64,000 nucleotides of DNA from positions 709,167-773,166 of the forward strand of contig JAQGDQ010002370.1 of the NCBI GenBank assembly GCA_030141605.1, given 5' to 3'. Position 1 is the first letter of the stretch; every line of letters starts with the position of its first letter. The position numbers and the translations under genes are program-made. This document shows positions 54,979 to 64,000 of the stretch, piece by piece. This stretch comes from Tubiluchus corallicola. Its lineage: Eukaryota; Animalia; Priapulida. The notes under the pieces were generated by a model. The model did no database searches. It was not told the DNA's origin and worked only from the letters and a program-made list of their open reading frames with translations.

Positions 54979-55422
54979 CAGTGGTTCTTAACCTGGGGTC
55001 CTGGTACCCCCTGGGGGTACCAAATGCCATCCCAGGGGATACCAAATGCAGATCTGCTTTATCAAAAATTTTGCCCTGAGAGCGACTCAAAAAAAGATAT
55101 AAGTCTCAAAGCTAAACAAAGAGGATAAAGTAGTTGAACCCTAATTACAATCGTTAAAACGTTGTTAAAATATACTTTTACTAAATAGGTTTGACACTGT
55201 GAGCCACCTGAACTGCTATTTCCGTAGAAATCGTAGCGCACATTGTGTTAAATAATTTACGATGTTATACTGGACTTATACCGCAGAAATAGTTTGGGCA
55301 TGCAGTTTAAAAAACCTACTTTGTTCCTATATACATACTTTTTGTAAATTTCTACAAAGGGCACCAGACGACTTTGTTCGCCTTCAGGCTGTACCAGTAG
55401 TGAAAAAGGTTAAGAACCACTG
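54979..55422. mobile_element. hAT (Charlie-like) MITE, 444 bp
   Basis: Perfect 16-bp TIR CAGTGGTTCTTAACCT / AGGTTAAGAACCACTG; 8-bp flanks ATTTAAAC and GTTTAGAC (6/8 identical). Confidence 0.88.
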
Positions 55423-55479
55423 GTTTAGACGGTTAGTTAAAAAAGCCTAACTGTCTCAACCTTATTGTTCAATAAAAAT

Positions 55480-55960
55480 TAGCATACGTTTGGATGGTCC
55501 CTGTAAACTCATTAACTATAAAGATTCCATGGACCTTTGAGGTAAGCCATTTTACAGATCAATTATCATATGGCTGAAAAAACAGTTTTTTAAATCCAGC
55601 TTTGCTCTTTTCTTGTACAATTGTAACTGGAGTCCTCATGTCATTCTCCCATGGCTCTTAAATGTGAAGCACAGCATCAATTCCTTTAATAACTTTGAAA
55701 GCTTATATTAAATCAGCATATGAACTTCTAATTAATAATGTATGCAGGCCTAGACGCTTAAGTTGCTGACAGTAAGGAACATTCTTTAACCCTTCAACCA
55801 CTTTTGTAGCCCTTCTTTGGACACCCTTGATCAAATATATGTCTTTAATAAAGTGTGGATTCCTAACAGGACTAGAGTATTCCACAATTGTAAGGACCTT
55901 GGATTTTATAATGTGATGAATATGCTTGCGCTTTTATTAATAAATGTTCTGTTTGTCATG
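55480..55960 (-). pseudogene. CR1-type LINE 3' fragment
   Basis: EYSSPVRNPHFIKDIYLIKGVQRRATKVVEGLKNVPY...LGLHTL..R...DLI. Confidence 0.85.
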
Positions 55961-56659
55961 CCTAATCTAAGTTAGATTAGACATTTTTTATCTATATTAA
56001 ATACAGTTTAGCAACATAGAATAAAGATACGTAACTAGCAAAATTTAGCGAGATAGTTAAACGACCCTAATTTAACAAGTAAAAGCAACAAAACTTCCTC
56101 CGAGGTCCAAATACCTTCGAATTGGTCGCCCCTTTTCGAATAAACAACAAACCTACAACTTAAAAACGTAAACTTTGCTCATTTTGACTGGTTTTATTCA
56201 GCAATTCTAAATCTTGTCCACAATTTTAGCGACGTGTATGACTATGACTGAGCATGAGGCTCGGAGTAGCGTTAAAAATCCTAATCGAAAAATAATGCAC
56301 TTCTTACGTTCAGTTTACTTATCGCACAGGTAATTATAATACTCTGCCTAGCTGCTCCCAGACTCAGAGTCTCAAATTTAAAAAAATCAACATTACAATA
56401 GAATTAAACCGGAGAAACGCTAGAAAAGTCACACAACATAGACAGTATGGGACCTCTTTGATAACTGAGGAACATCCTAATCTCGCAGCCTCCCGAATAT
56501 TAAATTCGTGCTGTTTATTTAGCAGTTTCTCGTGTTCCGTCCATTTCATTTTGCAGTAATCAGACCCATATCAAACAAACAGTTTTATTGCACAATTTTA
56601 TAACTTTTTATGCATGTTTAATTTTCTCTAGAACACTTCATATGCCTCCCTGACTATAA

Positions 56660-57591
56660 TAGTAGGATCAATATAATGAAAAATTGCAAGAAAACATTTT
56701 TGGTGTTTCTTTAGCATTTGGTCCGGAGAATAACACGTTCAAATTAGGCCGAAATTTAAACACGGCATAGCGCCTAATTATGACGTCAAAAAAGGTAGTT
56801 AATTTAATGTTAGTCTACCCGGATGGGGAATCAATACTCATTTTGATCCAAAAGCACGAAAACCTTGCCTAGTGCTAGAGCTCATTAAGGTGATAAATTA
56901 ATTTTGATCATGGGGTTAATCGAAATTCATATAATATTGCCGCAAGTTTCGAGATGGCTGGCAATATGTTTGTTACTAACTTATAAGGGCTATGTGTTAT
57001 AACTATCAGAGAATACAGGATAATGACTTTGGCATCTAAATAATAGGTTTTCAAGGTCAAGGAATTCATATCTTCCCATGTAATAACACCCCGTTTCAAC
57101 ATGACTGTTAAGATGGCTACAAATGTTGCACAAATGACAGAACTGCTCATTTTGCCTGAAAAACACAAAACTTTGCACAATGCTAAAATCCATCTGGTTT
57201 ATTATTATTGGATGTGGAGCCAACCGAAAATTATCAAATATGGCCACCGCATACTTGACGACTGACAAGATGGTTGTTGCCAACTCATAAGGATCATATA
57301 TTTTAAAAATTGTGAGCAAAGTCTACCTGTGCACCTTCGTACCAGTCGATAAAGCATATTTTTCATCTAGATGCAATGGTTTGAGAGATATACTTTGATT
57401 TTTGGCCTCAACAGGCGCCATTTTGGATTTACGCATGCATCTGAAGAGTATCAAAGCCGATTTTTGCCGATTTTTTGTTGTGGGTACCTGAAACAATATT
57501 CAAACAGAATCTGAAGAGAAAAATTCTATTGCCATTTGTTCTGGGTACTCCCTTGCTAGGAGCTATCTTTATAAATTATAGCCTCCTACTA
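56660..57591. mobile_element. Non-autonomous DNA transposon remnant with TAGTAGGA...TCCTACTA termini (Academ-like)
   Basis: 8-bp perfect inverted termini with partial extension; internal (A)GATGGC repeats; no TSD recognised. Confidence 0.4.
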
Positions 57592-58172
57592 GTCACTTCA
57601 AATTCGTCTTAGTCACAGATTTAAATCTGATGTTTTTGGTATATCAAATGTGATATAGGTCATAACAGTGGGACAAAAAATTTGAAAACAAAGAAATTAT
57701 TTTAAAAACTTTTTGACTTGGTAGCTTCTTCGAAAAGCGCACATTTTTTAAATGTTTAGGCTGGTAGCTGTCACTGTAGTGTTAGAATGCGGTCGAAACT
57801 TGTAAACATTAATAATTATGATTTGTATGATATCCTTGTTCTTATTTGAAAGATTTTTTGCTGCGTGAGAAAAATGGCTTGTAGTGTGCTCAGTATATAT
57901 ATGTAAACAGGTATTAATAAGAGAACAGAAGCGACCACTGCACAATGTAATAAAAGTCAAAAAAATTTGATATATTTAAAACGTATGAATTAACTTCTAA
58001 AAAATCAGAAAAGTCACTATATATTTATCTCGTTAATTTTCTGTACCTTACATCTTGTCAAAGTAATAAACTAAAGCAAATGTAACAGTCACATGGTAAC
58101 GGTTAACAAAATAGTTAACAAAACTAACTAACTACCAAATATGTCTGCAAAACTTAAAGATCTTATACAATG

Positions 58173-61100
58173 AATAATAATAATAAAATTCCTTATTGCT
58201 GTTAAAATTACACATCGATGAACTGTAAACTACATTCCAAAAATTAAGTGTAATCAGTGTTTCCACTGCTGTGAACAATAGTGTTAAAAAATGAATTTAC
58301 AATTAAAAACACAAATGATATTATAATAAATTACGCTAAAGCTTAAGATACATTTAAGACTTTAAAACTTTACAATATTTACAAATTGAAATTCAAATTA
58401 GGTGCTTTATAGATGTTTTGTGTTAGTGACTTGAGTGTTGGTGGGTTTTAATTTGTTGACTTGATGCTAATGCATGACAGGTTTTGATATGCCACTACTA
58501 CAGACTATTGGGTTAAAATTGACAATACGTGTTGTCTGATGTTTTTGTATTAGTCATGTTTTGAAGGCTACTATAGTATTTTTCAGTTAATTTTTGATTT
58601 TTTTTAGAGTCACTGCACATTTTTACATTAAGTAGGCAAGCATTCCATGTATTTATTGTCGTTTTACAGACTAAATTTTGTACATATTTATTATTTGAAT
58701 TTATTTATCTTGTGCTGTGTGTTCATTGGTTTAGCATTTTTTTCGATATTAAATGGAAGCTAATTGGCACTGAAAGCTGGCACCAAATCGTTTAAAGAAA
58801 AATTATAAAGTGAATGGAATTGGAAATTGGATTCTACAGTGGGTATTTTTAGTTTTTCCCTGTTCAGTGTAGCTAAATATTTTGCTCTTGTTGTGAAACC
58901 AACGAGGTGTTTTAAAGCGTAACTTTGGGCCACTTCTAGCCTCTTTAAAGAAGTTTTAGATATATTTGAGAGTAGGTGGCAGCCATACGTTAAGTAGGAC
59001 CAGATCATGGTTTTATACATTTTTAAAAATATTTTTAAAGTTATTTGACATGTATCGAAAAGTATATTTGTTGTATCTCTTGATGTTTAGAAGCATGAAA
59101 ATGGTTTTTTCTGGGTTCATCTTAAGTTGCTAATAATCGAGAATATACAGAATATATTTCATTTATTCTACTTTTGATTTGAATTGGTCTACTGCACTAA
59201 AGGAATTAATGCTACTGGTTGTGATGTTAGCATCATCGGCATATTGTACGATATGGCAGTTACTTATTATGTTTGAAATACCGTTTACGTATATATGATA
59301 GATAGCTGTGGGCCTAGAATTGTGCCTTGAAGTACTCCATTAATATTATTGCCCCAATTTGAGTATATGTCATTTAATTTAGCCCCTTGTTTACTGGTAG
59401 GTAGATAATCTTGAATAAGTTTGACAGAATAGTTGTCAAATGCAATGGCGTTCAATTTTTTTAATAAAATGGTGTGTGAGAGGCTGTCAGAAACCTTGCT
59501 CAAATCAAGAAAGGCAGAAGCTGTGTATTTATCGTTTAAAAAGTAGCGCCATATTTGAGTTATATAAATTTTTGCGTGTGAAAGTCATGTATGAAGTTGA
59601 ACACTTGTAGAAAACGAATGAACACTATATTACATATCTGCACAAAAACTGAAACCGTTTATTATACTAAATACACAAGTAAAATGAAGATCACGACTGC
59701 TGCACTGCAGTGAGAGTGTGAGTTAAACAGTGTGTAGCACGACTGCACTGCACTGAGAACGTGACAGTTAGACAGTGGCTAGAAGTGAAATCCAGCCAGT
59801 ATATATAGGTAGAGAACTATGCAAAAACTTGGCTTCACATATCTCATTACAGTAAAAATAGGGGAGATCCAGTGAGTTTGCATATTCACTGGACCGAGCA
59901 ATTATACTAGGGGTGAGTTTAACTAGTAAAATGTTAAAGTGACTAATCAATAGATGGCAGCACCTAAAATATACAGTTACAACTTTCACATTGCGTCCAC
60001 TGTGCTATATTTCTTTTCATAACCAAATCAATGTTTTTTAGAATATTATTATCTACCAATTATTTGTATATTTGTTTGTGAATTAGTTTTTCAAAAATTT
60101 TAGAAACTGCATGTACAATAGGTATTGGGCGGTAATTTTCTGGTGTTTCAAGATTTCCATTTTAATCTTTTGGAGTTACATTAGCTATCTTGCATATATT
60201 TGGAAAGCTTCCTCTCATTACCATTTGGTTGAATATATAAGAGATATGTGGAGCTAGGATGGCACCAGATCATTTTATAGCTTTAATAGGAATATCACAT
60301 GGACCTGCACTTTTGGAATGTTTCATGTTGTTAATAATGGATATTATTTCTGTTGGATCAGTTGGCATGAATCTAAAGGCACAGTTTACTTTTTTGGTAA
60401 GAAATATTTCGTCATATTCCCTTTTTTGTATGATGGGTCTCCTTTGTACTCACCCATTTTAAGAAGGTGTTGTTAAGTATGTTTGCTATTTCTTGATTCT
60501 TGTACACTTTGTTATTCATGATAATTTTATTTATGGAGGTTTGTGTGTTTGTTTTATTTAAAACCTTGTTTATGACCTGCCATTTTTCTTTTGATGCTTT
60601 TGCATTTAAGCACTTGCTTTTATAATAATTATTTTTTAAATTAGAGTTTCTTGTATTGAAACGGTTCCTTGCTTTTTGTAAGCATTATGGCCGATGAGCT
60701 GTTTTGTCGACATAAATGTTTTCAATAGAACATTTTTTTCTTGTTGTAATTTAGTTAATTCTGGCAGATTTATTACGTTGTGGAAGTGTTCTTTTATTTG
60801 ACAATTTGATTTTCTGTATTGGAGCATAAATAACTAGGCAGTATTTAATATTGTTTAATAAAATTTCAATTTGTAAGTCTATATCAATTGTTTGATATGT
60901 TTCTTGCCAGAGCATTTTATTCTAGTCTGACAGAAACATATCTTGGTTGATGTTATTCATATTTTCGCTATATTTGTAGGTGAATTCATTATTTTTTTGT
61001 AAATGTGTGCTCATTTTCGTAATACAGATAATATAGTTATGGTCTGAGAAGTGGTTTGGTATAGATTTGAAAATTGTCTTGTACTAATATAGGATCTATA

Positions 61101-62250
61101 AGAGTAGATGTTGTTTTTGTAATTCTTGTTGGTTCTTTGTCATTCAGTGGTGTCATATCATGTTTGCTTAGGATGTCTGTGTACTCAACGACGTTCAACG
61201 GCTAATAAAGCAGGTGTCGTGTTTGAGGTGTTCACCTTATCACGTTTCCCGTTATTACTGACAACACTGGCGTAAGTGTTTGTTGTCACTGTAGATGTTT
61301 CGGGTTGGATGCACCTTTTCGCTTGAACTTCGATCATGATCGATTTGTTTTGCTTGCTTAGGGGGAGGAGATTTAAAAACTGAATCTATGTGAACTCAGT
61401 CAGGTTCGTTTCTTTCACAAGACTCATTTTTGTTTTGCACTGAGGGCAGGACTTCTACATAATTTTCATTATCTTGTTCTACTGCTTATATGGATATTTC
61501 GTTTATGGATTCATTGTTAGCTTTATTGTTAGGTTTGGTGTACTATCCCTGTTCTCATTAAAGGCATTTTCTCGTAGGATGTCATCTTTGTTTATATATG
61601 TTACGTCATTCTCTTTTGTATTTATTTCATTGTCGCTGCTTTCATATACAATTTCTTGTCTTGGTGTAGGGCTTCGTTGTTTATATTTACTAGTTCAGTG
61701 TCACTTAAAACAGTGGCTTCCATTGCCATGTTTAGTAACGTTGCTAGTTTCTCATTACACTATTTTATGTAGCAGTCTTCTGTGATAACAATACTGTTAT
61801 TGAAGATTTTTCCCAGGTCAATTTTTTCGATACGGTGATTTTATAGGTTAGAACAGTACCTTGTTCGTTATTTGTCTGATCACACGTAGAGTTTGGTTCC
61901 ACGATCTTCATCGCATTCCTCAATCCATCGGTGATTTTGTTCACTTTCTCACCTCGCACAACAATTTTCCCGGCATCGTCATGTTCAGCGTTGATGGAAA
62001 ATTTTCCCATAAACTTCTACTTTCATTTTTATTTGCTCCATGTTACTTCTCTTTGGCTATTCTTCACTCATTTTTAGTAGTTTTGTTGTTGTTCAGATTG
62101 TAATTTTACAGGTAAAAAATACATTACCAGTAACCTATGTTATATCATAGTTTAAACTACGAGGCTTGCAGCATCAAGTAAAACCAGTTCTGCGTAAATT
62201 AATTCATTAGCAGGACGATTTGCACGACGATGTTCACACGTCAACTGACG
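58173..62250 (-). mobile_element. Near full-length, heavily degenerate CR1/L2-group LINE, interrupted at about 59560-60010
   Basis: In order on the minus strand: GTCAGTTGACGTG 5' end, ORF1 remnant, EPTRITKTTSTLID, FSDHN, ENYRPI, FLDLSK, GVLQGTILGP, QYADD, YKTMIWSYLTYG, and a (TTA)n tail at about 58173-58185. Confidence 0.8.
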
Positions 62251-62995
62251 ACAAACCATTATGCTTATAACATTTCAGGCAGTTCATAATAATTTTACAG
62301 CAATAATAATCACAATAACAGCATAACAACGACAAGAACAGCAACCCTTTATGCATCAGCCTATGTCCATGGTTTTTGTTACATTTGGACGACCTAGTCG
62401 TATTTGATGATGAATGTCATATTTGATACTAGGCGTGTCAATATTTGAGTGAAAAAACCTATATATTACCCTTGTAATGTTCTGTACTGCACTTCTGTTT
62501 GTAACCTCTGTAGCAAAGGATTTCGTTACACCACGTACTGTAACTATACTGCATTTGGAGCGATTGAACGTTTACACCATTTACATCACGTTTGTTATAA
62601 ATTAAACTGGTGAAGTTATTAATTAATACAATTCCGAAGAACACTTTGTCAAAACGTGACCAGAATCAGCATACATGTAAACGGAATTTATAAAATCACT
62701 GATTTATGACTGAGTAAAACATAATCGTTCGCGTGATAATTAGTTTGTACAGACCTGGCTATAGAATTTGATTAGCAAAATTCCAAAAATTAATATTTTT
62801 AAACCGTGAGCAACAAAGAAGCCCGTTTGCTGTCATCGTCACGTTAGTAATGGAGTCATAACAGTGAATAACTCTAAAACTTTAGAATCACAAACTTCCA
62901 ATATACACACGTGACCCGGGGCTCACATAATGGTATGATAGAATAAGCTGGGATTGTTTAAGGGCCCGGGATAGAACCCAAATAGGCAAACTGTT

Positions 62996-63110
62996 CAGTC
63001 ACACATGAGTAAATAGCACTGGACCGGATATAGTCAATTGACAGTCACGAGCACTGTGCACTCTGGTCAGTCACACATGAGCGAACTACACTAGACCAGG
63101 CATAGTAAAG
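62996..63110 (+). repeat. Two diverged tandem copies of about 72 bp, next to a SINE-like fragment
   Basis: CAGTCACACATGAG..CACT.GACC..ATAGT at about 62996 and 63068. Confidence 0.6.
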
Positions 63111-64000
63111 CGCGGTCATGCTCGGAGACTTGGATCTCAATTGATTCAGTTTTGTTAAGAATCTTTTTTAAGCTGAAATGTGTTCATAATTTTAGTTTTG
63201 ATAGTCTAGAGTGAGTAAAAATGGTAAGATTGGTATTTTTTTATTTTGATGTACTACATTAACTATAGTTGAAAAATCACAATCAATTAAGATTAGAAAA
63301 TTAAACAGAAAAAAATCATTTACATAAAATCATACGTATAAAGTACATAAATTTTTATAGACAAATTTTAATACATTTATTATTATAATGTGGAAATAAC
63401 ATTGTCACCTTCGACAGAGACTATATTTTTAAAAGCCGAGTAGCAGACCTATTGGCTAAGTCGTATATCGCATATAATGGTATCTGCTTCATTAAGATCA
63501 GAAATGAACCTAAAGTGACAATTTTACGAATTTAAAAGAGTAGGAATCATAGTTTTCTTTTGTGGACCTATATGGGAGGTTAAAAATTAGCGATTATAAA
63601 GCCGAAATAACAGTGTGACATAGACTATACACATATAAGCACAATGCATACTATAATGTTATTTTTAAGAAAAAATCGGCACCACATGCAACATAGTTTA
63701 ATATGGAATAGACGAGTACCTAATGTAAGTTAAAAGCTAAATGTGCACATAATTGCAGAATACCATGCACTATAATACATTATATAAAACACCATACAGA
63801 TTAGAGTCGTAAATAAAATAATTTTGGTTATTCTCCCTTAACACTAACTGACAACAGAAATCGAAAGTTAAGCTATTCAATGAAAATATTGTTATGTACA
63901 TGCATTACAAACGTGAACTGAAGAAAAAGACAGTTCAACAATAATCACACACTTATATAGCACTAGTTCACAGAAATCGACCCGGAAATCATTTCTGGTC

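Overview
AT-rich, intron-containing animal (most likely invertebrate) genomic DNA, not prokaryotic. One clear host gene is present: a complete 20-coding-exon ABCB6/HMT-1-type half ABC transporter on the minus strand (51547 to 35946, about 855 aa). All of its exons were rebuilt by hand with GT-AG boundaries and matching phases. The standout is an apparently young, full-length (about 5.5 kb) non-LTR retrotransposon at about 25930-31411, inserted inside a (TC)n microsatellite. Its ORF1 begins with two tandem CX2CX16CX2C GATA-like zinc fingers ahead of the usual three CCHC knuckles. Its APE endonuclease has MGH in place of the canonical SDH motif, its 5' end has overlapping hairpins, and ORF2 is broken only by single-base losses in homopolymer runs. 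The rest of the window is a repeat graveyard: degenerate CR1/L2-group and RTE LINE fragments, hAT and Tc1/mariner MITEs, probable Helentron-like and Academ-like remnants, a possible solo LTR, SINE fragments and microsatellites. No database searches were possible; family names come from motif recognition.
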